A stretch of 64,000 bases of DNA, from NCBI GenBank assembly GCA_041288095.1, contig JBGGMJ010000212.1, positions 10,415-74,414 of the forward strand, written 5' to 3'. Both the position numbers and the translations under genes were made by a program. Positions within the stretch are counted from its first letter, which is position 1; every line of letters begins with the position of its first letter. Positions 55,680 to 63,589 of the stretch are shown here, in pieces. Under the pieces are notes generated by a model. That model did not search any database. It was not told the DNA's origin and worked only from the letters and a program-made list of their open reading frames with translations. The DNA is from Myxococcota bacterium. Its GTDB lineage: Bacteria; Myxococcota; XYA12-FULL-58-9; JALHOP01.

Positions 55680-57286
55680 CAGCGTTGGGGCACTCTCGCA
55701 CGATGAATGACACCAGCCAAGTGCCGCAGATCGTCTTCACGGATGCGCGTCGTGAGCACCGAGCGCATGCGCACGACGCCGGTCGGGCTCGTCGTGCCGT
55801 CGGCGTTCACCATGTAGCGGCGAAGGAGGCGGACCTGATCGGCGCGCGGTAGGTCGGCGACGCGACGCAGCGAACCGTCGCTCTGCAGCAGCTCGCGATG
55901 GATCTCGGGCTGGTACTCGCGAAGGTAGCGTGGCTCGAACAGCTCGTCCGCCAGAACGGCGTAGCTCATCCGCTCGTAGAGAGCTTCGCTCGCGTAGACG
56001 TCGTCACCCAGGATCGCCTTGAGCTGCTCGGCGACGTAGGTGAAAGCGAGCACCGGATCGGCCATCTGGTCGATGACGGCGGCGCGCGCGAAGATCGGCT
56101 GCGATTGCGAGGCCAGCTCGGTGAGCAAGAAACGCCACGCTGGCGTGTAACGTTGCAGCGTCAGCATCGATTCGAGGGCCATCTGCCGCGCGCTAGAGTC
56201 CGGCCGCTCCGCCAAAGCAAGCACGTAGAAGCTGCTCTGCAGACGCGCCATCTCTCGCAAGTGCGGGTAGGCGACGTGCTGGTAAACCTCGGCTGGATAG
56301 TCGCCGGCCGCGCGCTCTCGCTCGAAGCGCGCCCGCACCTCGGCGTCTCCAGCGACGCGCGGGAGGAGGCGCTCGTAGGCGGCGTCGAATTCGCCGCGCA
56401 GCTCTTCGCGCATGCGGCGGTACTGAAGATCGTTCGCATCCGAGATGGGATGCTCGAGCGGTTCGCCGCTGTTCATGTCAATCGAGCGTTTCCAGGTGTG
56501 CGCGAACGCCATGGCGCGGTCACGTAACAACCAATCGTCGACGACGACTCCTTCGCGGCCCATCGCGAAAACCCCGGGGAAGCTGCCGCGCTCGATGCTC
56601 GCCCGATACGAATCGAGTCCGCGCTGGACCGGCGTCGCGAAAGTCGTGTGCACTTCGCGCGGCCGCATGTCCCAGACGGCGACGGTGCGCCGATCCGTCT
56701 CGACGCGCCGGCTCATCAGGAGGTCGAAGGTGCGCTGGGAGTTCAAGAAGGTGACCGGCTGGACGTCGAAGCCGTAACGCGCTCGCATCGCTTCGATGAC
56801 GGCCGGGCTCGTGAGCACATCCGCGATAGCCTGCATCTCGAGGTCGTCGTTCACGCGCTCGGGCAAGGTGCAAACCGGCGCGTCCCCAGCGCACAGATGA
56901 CGTCGCAGCTCGGCGAGCTTGGTGTTGAAGTCCGCGAGGCCTCTCTCGCCACGCGGTCCTTCGAGGGTCCGCTCGTAGAGGGCGATGGTCAGCTCGCGAA
57001 AGGCACGCGCCGCGGTCCCGCGCTCGGTGACGGCGTCGAAGTCGCGGACCCAATCGGTGTAGTTGACCAGCAGCGCTGGGCTGTGTGCCATCGACGGATC
57101 GGGCACGAACGGCTGGGGCTCGGGGAGCGTGAGCCCGGCATTGGGGGCGCCGCCAACGGCCAGGGCGTGCGCGCGTGTCGACATGCCGACACGCGGCGAG
57201 CCGCCCGGAACGGTCGACATGGGGACGTCGACACGCACCGCCGCGCCGGACGGGCGGCCAAGGGACTCAATCGAGGGAATTGGCAT
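55679..57286 (-). CDS. hypothetical protein, paralog of 43155..44795
   Basis: Colinear similarity across the folded region; low-complexity N-terminus MPIPSIESLGRPSG. Confidence 0.85.
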   Translation of the reverse strand: MPIPSIESLGRPSGAAVRVDVPMSTVPGGSPRVGMSTRAHALAVGGAPNAGLTLPEPQPFVPDPSMAHSPALLVNYTDWVRDFDAVTERGTAARAFRELTIALYERTLEGPRGERGLADFNTKLAELRRHLCAGDAPVCTLPERVNDDLEMQAIADVLTSPAVIEAMRARYGFDVQPVTFLNSQRTFDLLMSRRVETDRRTVAVWDMRPREVHTTFATPVQRGLDSYRASIERGSFPGVFAMGREGVVVDDWLLRDRAMAFAHTWKRSIDMNSGEPLEHPISDANDLQYRRMREELRGEFDAAYERLLPRVAGDAEVRARFERERAAGDYPAEVYQHVAYPHLREMARLQSSFYVLALAERPDSSARQMALESMLTLQRYTPAWRFLLTELASQSQPIFARAAVIDQMADPVLAFTYVAEQLKAILGDDVYASEALYERMSYAVLADELFEPRYLREYQPEIHRELLQSDGSLRRVADLPRADQVRLLRRYMVNADGTTSPTGVVRMRSVLTTRIREDDLRHLAGVIHRARVPQR

Positions 57287-57318
57287 GCGTCGGACCCAGG
57301 GTCCTGGGCCCGAGCTGA

Positions 57319-57346
57319 GCTTCGGCGGGAGGAGCCGGAAGGTTGC
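57319..57346 (-). promoter_or_regulatory. sigma28-like promoter motif GCAAC-N15-GCCGAAGC
   Basis: Intergenic, 32 nt before ATG 57286. Confidence 0.5.
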
Positions 57347-57418
57347 GCCTCTGTGGAAGGGTCAGGGAGCGGCCGGCACGACTTGACTCGTGTGGCGCGT
57401 CACGGGCAACGCAGCATC

Positions 57419-58087
57419 ATGAGCGACTCGTTCCCGTTCAACCCCGCCATGGTCACCATGCTGATCGTCGCCGTGGTCATCGGCTTCATCGTTTTGGGTC
57501 ACTTCCTGGAGAAGAGACGCACCGAGGCGTTGCGGGCGTTCGCGACCAGCCGTCGCTTCGAGTTCGCTGAAACGGACACCGGCATGCTCGGCGGCGTTCC
57601 CTTCAAGACCCTGTCGCGCGGGCGGAGCCAACGCATCGACAACGTGATCCGCGGGACACTCAACGGCATCGAGCTCGTCCTCTGCGATTTTCGCTACGTG
57701 AGCGGGAGCGGCAAGAACCGGCGCACCAACCGCCGCTCGCTCTGCCTCTTGCGGACTCCCGGCCATGCGGCACCGCCCTTCTTCGCCCGCCGGCAGATCG
57801 CCCTCTTCGACGGCCTGGGAAAGCTGTTCGGAGGACAGGACATCAACTTCCCTGAAGATCAGGCCTTCTCCGAAGCTTACGTGCTGCAAACGTCCGGCGA
57901 CGAAGGCGAGCTGCGGCGTTTCATGAACGCCAAAACGCGTGGCGCGTTCATCCGTTTGAAGGACCAGCGTTTCACCGTGGAGAACATCGGCGACCAGGTG
58001 CTCGTCGAGAATAGCCGGCGGCTCAAGGTTCACCAGCTCGACCTTTTCCTGACGAACGCCATGACCCTGCGAGCAGCTTGGTCGTAG
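57419..58087 (+). CDS. hypothetical protein with N-terminal membrane anchor
   Basis: MVTMLIVAVVIGFIVLGHFLEKRRTEAL; QDINFPEDQAFSEAYVL. Confidence 0.75.
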   Translation: MSDSFPFNPAMVTMLIVAVVIGFIVLGHFLEKRRTEALRAFATSRRFEFAETDTGMLGGVPFKTLSRGRSQRIDNVIRGTLNGIELVLCDFRYVSGSGKNRRTNRRSLCLLRTPGHAAPPFFARRQIALFDGLGKLFGGQDINFPEDQAFSEAYVLQTSGDEGELRRFMNAKTRGAFIRLKDQRFTVENIGDQVLVENSRRLKVHQLDLFLTNAMTLRAAWS

Positions 58088-58090
58088 CCC

Positions 58091-58106
58091 TGGCACAGCG
58101 CCTGCA
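58091..58106 (+). promoter_or_regulatory. sigma54 -24/-12 promoter
   Basis: TGGCACAGCGCCTGCA, GG-N10-GC spacing, intergenic before ORF 58191. Confidence 0.5.
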
Positions 58107-58190
58107 GCCCTCGGAGCAACGCGCTCTGAGCAGCCACATTGGCCCCGTTCTGGGCCACCCGGCGCCAGGGCCTCGACGAAAGGCCACACG

Positions 58191-58424
58191 ATGTTCGGCT
58201 ACTCCTTCATTTCTCCTCGGAGCACCCTGCTGGGGGTGGGGCTCTTGGCGCTGACCTCGGCGGCGATCACCATCCCTCGCCTCGTGAGATCTCGCCGGAG
58301 CGCCGCCGCTTCGACCCGGAAGGTCCCGGTAACGCAAAAGAAGACGGCGGCAGGCACGGCCAAGAAGAACGCGCGTCGCAAGGCCGCGCGTAGCCGCTCG
58401 CAGAAGCAAGTCGCCGCGAGCTGA
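58191..58424 (+). CDS. small protein, TM segment plus Lys/Arg-rich tail
   Basis: AAAGG RBS; LLGVGLLALTSAAITIP followed by a basic tail. Confidence 0.5.
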   Translation: MFGYSFISPRSTLLGVGLLALTSAAITIPRLVRSRRSAAASTRKVPVTQKKTAAGTAKKNARRKAARSRSQKQVAAS

Positions 58425-58476
58425 CTCGGGAACGCCGTCGTTGCATCGGTTCGATGTCGGTGCCTAGAAACCGCTG

Positions 58477-59946
58477 GTGACCGACTCGACGGCGTCCGAC
58501 GAGAACCTGACCGACCGCCTGCGGCTCTTCGGCGTCGTGGCGCTCGACGTGTCGCTGCTCGGCTGCGTCGTGCATATCGTGTCGGTCCTCGCCCTGGCGA
58601 GCCCCGCTCAGCTCCTGGGCCCCGCGCTCTACGTCCAGGCCGCCGGGTGCTTCTTTCCCCTGGCCACATGGCTGCTCTGCCGCAAGCCCCGCGGCACCGG
58701 CTTCCTGCGCATTCTCGAAGCGGTCAGCCTCGTGGGCTCGAGCCTCGCGCTGATGTTCATGGGCCAGTTCCTCGCGCGCGACAACATGCCCGACCTGACG
58801 GGCGCCGCCGCCGGCGCGATTACCGCCGCCCGCGAGACCACGCAGGACCGCTTTTCCGTTATAGCGGTTTACGCCACGGCCATGATCTTCGTGCTGCGAT
58901 CGGCCCTCGTCCCGAGTCGCAGCCAGCGGACGGCCATCCTCGGGGTGATCATCGGCATCACCATCCTCCTCGGGCCGCTGTTCCCGTTCCACGACGCGGC
59001 GTTCGAGCGCAACGTCCGCATGGGTATCGCCACCTGCGCACTCTGGGCACTCTCGGTGGCGGTGTGCGCGACGCTGTCGTCGGTCATCCACGGCCTGCGC
59101 AGAGAAATAGTGCAGGCGCGCAAGCTCGGCCAGTACACCCTCGGCGACAAGCTCGGCGAGGGTGGCATGGGCACGGTCTACCGCGCCTCACACGCGCTTC
59201 TCCGCCGTCCCACCGCCATCAAGCTTCTCCAGGAAGGGCGATCGGGGAGCGACGCCGTCAAACGCTTCGAGCGCGAGGTTCAGCTCACCTCGCAGCTCAC
59301 GCATCCGCACACCATCACCATCTACGACTACGGCCGCACGCCCGATGGCGTTTTCTACTACGCCATGGAGCTCCTGGAAGGCACGACGCTTCAGCGGATC
59401 GTCGAGACGGAGGGCGCCCAGCCCGCCGCGCGCGTCGCTCGCATCTTGGCGATGGTCGCCGGCGCTCTCGCTGAAGCACACGCTCGCGGTCTCATCCACC
59501 GCGACATCAAACCGGCCAACATCATCCTCGGTGAGCGCGGCGGCATCGCCGACTTCGCGAAGGTGCTCGACTTCGGTCTGGTGCGCGAGGTGAACGACGC
59601 GGCTTCGCCGGAGCTGACCATGGTCGGCAGCGTCGTCGGCACGCCGATGTACCTTGCCCCGGAGCTCATTCAGGGCGAGCCCGCTACCGCGCAGTCGGAC
59701 CTCTACGCTCTCGGCGCGGTGGGCTACTTCATGGTCGCGGGCAACACCGTCTTCGAAGGCAAGACCGTCGTCGAGATCTGCGCGCACCACCTGCACACTC
59801 CGCCGACACCGCCGTCGGCGAAGCTAGGCAAGCCCGTTCACTCCGGCCTCGAAGCCCTCCTCATGCAGTGCCTCGGCAAGGATCCCGGCGCGCGGCCCGC
59901 GAGCGCCCAGGCATTCGCGGAGTCTCTCACCGCGCTGGAGCTCTAG
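58477..59946 (+). CDS. Ser/Thr protein kinase with N-terminal multi-TM sensor
   Basis: About 6 TM segments; GEGGMGTVY, AIK, HRDIKPAN, DFGLV, GTPMYLAPE. Confidence 0.95.
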   Translation: MTDSTASDENLTDRLRLFGVVALDVSLLGCVVHIVSVLALASPAQLLGPALYVQAAGCFFPLATWLLCRKPRGTGFLRILEAVSLVGSSLALMFMGQFLARDNMPDLTGAAAGAITAARETTQDRFSVIAVYATAMIFVLRSALVPSRSQRTAILGVIIGITILLGPLFPFHDAAFERNVRMGIATCALWALSVAVCATLSSVIHGLRREIVQARKLGQYTLGDKLGEGGMGTVYRASHALLRRPTAIKLLQEGRSGSDAVKRFEREVQLTSQLTHPHTITIYDYGRTPDGVFYYAMELLEGTTLQRIVETEGAQPAARVARILAMVAGALAEAHARGLIHRDIKPANIILGERGGIADFAKVLDFGLVREVNDAASPELTMVGSVVGTPMYLAPELIQGEPATAQSDLYALGAVGYFMVAGNTVFEGKTVVEICAHHLHTPPTPPSAKLGKPVHSGLEALLMQCLGKDPGARPASAQAFAESLTALEL

Positions 59947-62082
59947 ATGCGCTTGCGTCCCCCCGTTATCGCGTTCGTCCTTTTGCTCGCCTCGTGCCGC
60001 AGCACGTTGTCGACCTGGCCGGAGTACGGCGGCCCGCTGGGCGTCGAGCCGGGTGGCCACTTCTTCATGGCCCACCACTACTCGGAGGCCGCCCAGATCA
60101 CGAAGGCGAACGTCGCGCGCTTGCAGCAGGTCGCCTCGTTCGAGTGGACGCAGAAGGTCCCCGACGCCTTCAACGGCAAGGAGTACGCGACCTCGGTGAC
60201 GCCGATTCACGTGATCATCGACGGCGAAGACTTCCTCTACGGCTGTAGCGCCTTCAATCAGGTCTGGAAGCTCCGGGGCAGCAAGTCGCCGGCGGGGAAC
60301 CCGCTCCAGGAGCTCGCGACGTTCGACCCGGAGCTTCCCGCGAAGACCGACGGCGAGAACTACAAGTGTCGCGGCGTGAGCTACTGGTTGGACGCGGAGA
60401 AAGCTCCCCAAGCCGCGTGCCGTCACAAGATCTACTCGGCGACGATCGACGGCCGTCTCTTTGCTCTCGACGCCAAGACGCTCCGCGCCTGCGACGAATT
60501 CGGCACGGCCGGCGTGGTCGATCTCAAGCAAGACCTGCGCGCCGAGGCCGAGCCCGAAGCACTCGAGTACTACGTCGCGACCGCGCCGCTGGTATATCCG
60601 CTCGAGCAGTCAGCGATGCTGGTCATCGGAGGTGGTGTCCGCGATAGCTACAAGCTCGACGTCGCGAGCGGCGCGGTCCGTGGCTACGACGCGACGACAG
60701 GCAAGCGCCTGTGGGTCTGGGACGCAGCCGGAGACGGCTTCACCCAAGGCACGCCCAATGCTTGGACCGCGCTCGCGATGGACCCGATGCTTGGCCACGT
60801 CTATCTACCGACCGGCAACGCCTCTCCGGACTATCACAGCGCCTCGCGACGCGCCGGCGCCGACGACTACGCGAGCAGCATCGTCGCGCTCGACATGCGA
60901 TCGATCGACTTCGGGGCCAAAGACGCACGGCCACGCGTCGCCTGGCACAAGAAGCTCGTGTATCGCGACGTCTGGGATTTCGACATCCCCGCGCAGCCCA
61001 TCCTCACGACGATCCGCGGCATCCCCGCCCTCGTCCAGGGCACGAAGATGGGGTTCGTCTTCTTCGTCGACCGGCGGACCGGCGAATGGCTGCCGGGCTA
61101 CGAGCCCAGCATGGTCGACGTGACGGCGCGCTCGCACAAGAACGGCGACGCGACCGCACCCAGCATCGCGGCTCCCGACGAGCAGGTGGCGCGCGCCCAG
61201 CCCTTCCCTCCCGCGCCGTGGCGGTTGCATCCCGACGCCGCGTCCATCGACGACGTCACCTGGGATCACCCGTCGTGTCAGGCGCAGAAGAAGGACTTCT
61301 ATTACAACGGCGTCTTCACGCCCGCTACGGCGGACAAGGGCATGAAAGGCAGCCTGCATTTCCCCGGTGCCGGTGGCGGCCTCGAATGGGGTGGGATGAG
61401 CTTCGACCCGGTGCGACGCCTGCTTTACGTCAATCAGTCGCATTGGTCGTTCTACGCCCGGCTGCTCGCGCGCGAAGACTACGAGAGAGAGTCGGTGGAC
61501 GAGCGCGGCAAAGGGAAGTCGGGCTACCGGCCGATGCGCGGGTCCGCGTGGGGCACCTACCGCTCCCTCTTCATCGTGAAGGGCAACGAGCGCATCAAGA
61601 CGCTGCTGTTCTGCACCAAGCCGCCATGGGGGAGCCTCATTGCCGTCGATATCGACACCGGCAAGGTGCATTGGGGCAAGAAGCCCAACGGCGGGCTCGA
61701 GCCCTTCGGCAACTTCCGGCGACACGCGAGCCTCATGTCGAACGCGCCCATCGAGTCGTTGCTCGAGGGTGACGACTTTCTCGCGGCCAAGCTCGCGGAC
61801 CCCACCTACGAGCCGGGCACCACCAACATCGGTGGCTCGGTGGCGACGGCGACCGGTTTGTTGTTCATCGGCGCGACGGGGGACGGACTGTTCCGCGTCA
61901 TCGACAGCGACACCGGTCGCGTGCTCAAGGAGCTCGAGCTGCCCGACGGCTTGTCCGCGATGGCGAACCCGATCACCTACATCGGCGTCGACGGCAAACA
62001 ATACGTCGTCGTCGCGGCTGGCGGAAACCCTTACGTGCCGGGTCGGCGCGGCAAGAAGGTCGTCGCCTTCGCGTTGCCGTAG
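59947..62082 (+). CDS. PQQ-dependent glucose/quinate dehydrogenase-family quinoprotein (soluble/lipoprotein form)
   Basis: QITKANVARL, CRGVSYW, DGRLFALDA, GTPNAW, YLPTGNASPD, DVWDFD, KPPWG, ANPITY; LLASC lipobox. Confidence 0.9.
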   Translation: MRLRPPVIAFVLLLASCRSTLSTWPEYGGPLGVEPGGHFFMAHHYSEAAQITKANVARLQQVASFEWTQKVPDAFNGKEYATSVTPIHVIIDGEDFLYGCSAFNQVWKLRGSKSPAGNPLQELATFDPELPAKTDGENYKCRGVSYWLDAEKAPQAACRHKIYSATIDGRLFALDAKTLRACDEFGTAGVVDLKQDLRAEAEPEALEYYVATAPLVYPLEQSAMLVIGGGVRDSYKLDVASGAVRGYDATTGKRLWVWDAAGDGFTQGTPNAWTALAMDPMLGHVYLPTGNASPDYHSASRRAGADDYASSIVALDMRSIDFGAKDARPRVAWHKKLVYRDVWDFDIPAQPILTTIRGIPALVQGTKMGFVFFVDRRTGEWLPGYEPSMVDVTARSHKNGDATAPSIAAPDEQVARAQPFPPAPWRLHPDAASIDDVTWDHPSCQAQKKDFYYNGVFTPATADKGMKGSLHFPGAGGGLEWGGMSFDPVRRLLYVNQSHWSFYARLLAREDYERESVDERGKGKSGYRPMRGSAWGTYRSLFIVKGNERIKTLLFCTKPPWGSLIAVDIDTGKVHWGKKPNGGLEPFGNFRRHASLMSNAPIESLLEGDDFLAAKLADPTYEPGTTNIGGSVATATGLLFIGATGDGLFRVIDSDTGRVLKELELPDGLSAMANPITYIGVDGKQYVVVAAGGNPYVPGRRGKKVVAFALP

Positions 62083-63560
62083 TCGACGCAATCGCGAACC
62101 AGCGCAAAGGCGCCCGACACCACCAGCGGCTCACACATCGCGACGGCTTTCTCGACGGAGCTGCCCTCGGCGAAGAGATACTCGCAATCCGTTGCCCGCG
62201 GCGCTTCCATGTTGCCGCGGCAGGAAGGCGTCAGAGCCTCGATGGGAATGTGCTTACCGGAGAAGACGGCGCCGTCATAACCACCGCGCGTCGCCAAATA
62301 GTAGCCGTGAATGTGCAGGAGCTGCGGCGCCCAAGCCTCGGCGAAGCGACCATCGCGCGAAGCAACCGCGAGCCGAGCCCCCTCGGGGATCGCCGCGAGC
62401 ACCGGCTCCGCATGACGCACTTCGCGATCATAGTCGGAGAAGAACGCGAGCATCGCGGCGACATGTGTGCCGACGAGCAGAGGCTGAGCGAGCTCACGCC
62501 ACCGAGGCGCGCCGTCGCGGTCCAGGGTCAAGAGCGCGAGCACTCCGATCTCCGCGACGAAAAACAGCCGCACATTGAAGGCCCAGATGAAGTCGCCACC
62601 CGCCTCCATCGCCATCGGCGTCGCGACGTACGCTAGAACGGTCAGCGCCGCGAACGCACGCATCATGCGCACGACAGGTGCCCGCACGCCGCCACGACGC
62701 TCCTGCATGATCGCCAGCAACGCCGCGCCGCCCACGAACGCAACGTGGGACGCGAGCCCCGCGCCGCGGTCGAAGACGCCGAACTGCGCGACCACGTGGC
62801 GCCAGAAGATCGACAAGTCTTCGTACTGCACGCTGAACGGATGGGTCTCGTGCCGCGCGATCAAGCGAGTGACCAATATCGGCAAGAGAGGCACGACGCT
62901 CGCGGCGCCGACCATGAGACTCGCGCGAACGACACGGCGGTCACGCGTCATCCACATCGACACGAGGGCACAAGCCCATGGAATGGCCAGGGCGATGTGC
63001 GTAAGCATGAGCAGGAGGCCGGCGCCGGCAGCCGCGATCGCGGACCGCTTCTGACCGCGCGCCAACGCCACGAGCTCGGCCAGCCCGAAGAGATAGACGG
63101 GGACGCCGACGAGCGTCGGCAGGAAGCCCCAGAAGAAGATCATCCCGTAGGTGAGGAACACCGCCGCGGCACCAGCCCACCAGGGGGCCGCCAAAACGCG
63201 AAACAGCCGGTCGGCGGCGAGGACGGTGGCGACCGCGACGAAGCTACAGAAGAGCTTCGCGGCGATGAACGGACCACACAGCGCGACGAGCGGCGCCAAC
63301 ACGACGTAGACGAGGTAATAGGGAAACGGCTGAATGTTGACGGCGTAGTATTGCGTCGCAATCGGGTCGCCCATGACGAGCTTCGCGAGGATGTTCGCGA
63401 TCGCCAGGTGGCTCGGCAGGTCGGTGCCGGGCACATAGCGCACCGTCCAAAGGGGCAGCACCGTCGCGACCAGGGTAGCCAGCACCATCAGCAAGCGAGC
63501 CCGCTCGGGAGACAGCGCGAAGGTAGGCGCCAGGTCACGAGCGCGGGCGAAGGTCGACAT
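62031..63560 (-). CDS. polytopic membrane protein, possible GT-C glycosyltransferase
   Basis: More than 10 TM segments; PGTDLPSHLA loop after TM1; FFWGFLP. Confidence 0.7.
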   Translation of the reverse strand: MSTFARARDLAPTFALSPERARLLMVLATLVATVLPLWTVRYVPGTDLPSHLAIANILAKLVMGDPIATQYYAVNIQPFPYYLVYVVLAPLVALCGPFIAAKLFCSFVAVATVLAADRLFRVLAAPWWAGAAAVFLTYGMIFFWGFLPTLVGVPVYLFGLAELVALARGQKRSAIAAAGAGLLLMLTHIALAIPWACALVSMWMTRDRRVVRASLMVGAASVVPLLPILVTRLIARHETHPFSVQYEDLSIFWRHVVAQFGVFDRGAGLASHVAFVGGAALLAIMQERRGGVRAPVVRMMRAFAALTVLAYVATPMAMEAGGDFIWAFNVRLFFVAEIGVLALLTLDRDGAPRWRELAQPLLVGTHVAAMLAFFSDYDREVRHAEPVLAAIPEGARLAVASRDGRFAEAWAPQLLHIHGYYLATRGGYDGAVFSGKHIPIEALTPSCRGNMEAPRATDCEYLFAEGSSVEKAVAMCEPLVVSGAFALVRDCVDYGNAKATTFLPRRPGT

Positions 63561-63589
63561 CGGGCAGCGCTTGTAGCAAATGAGACCCC

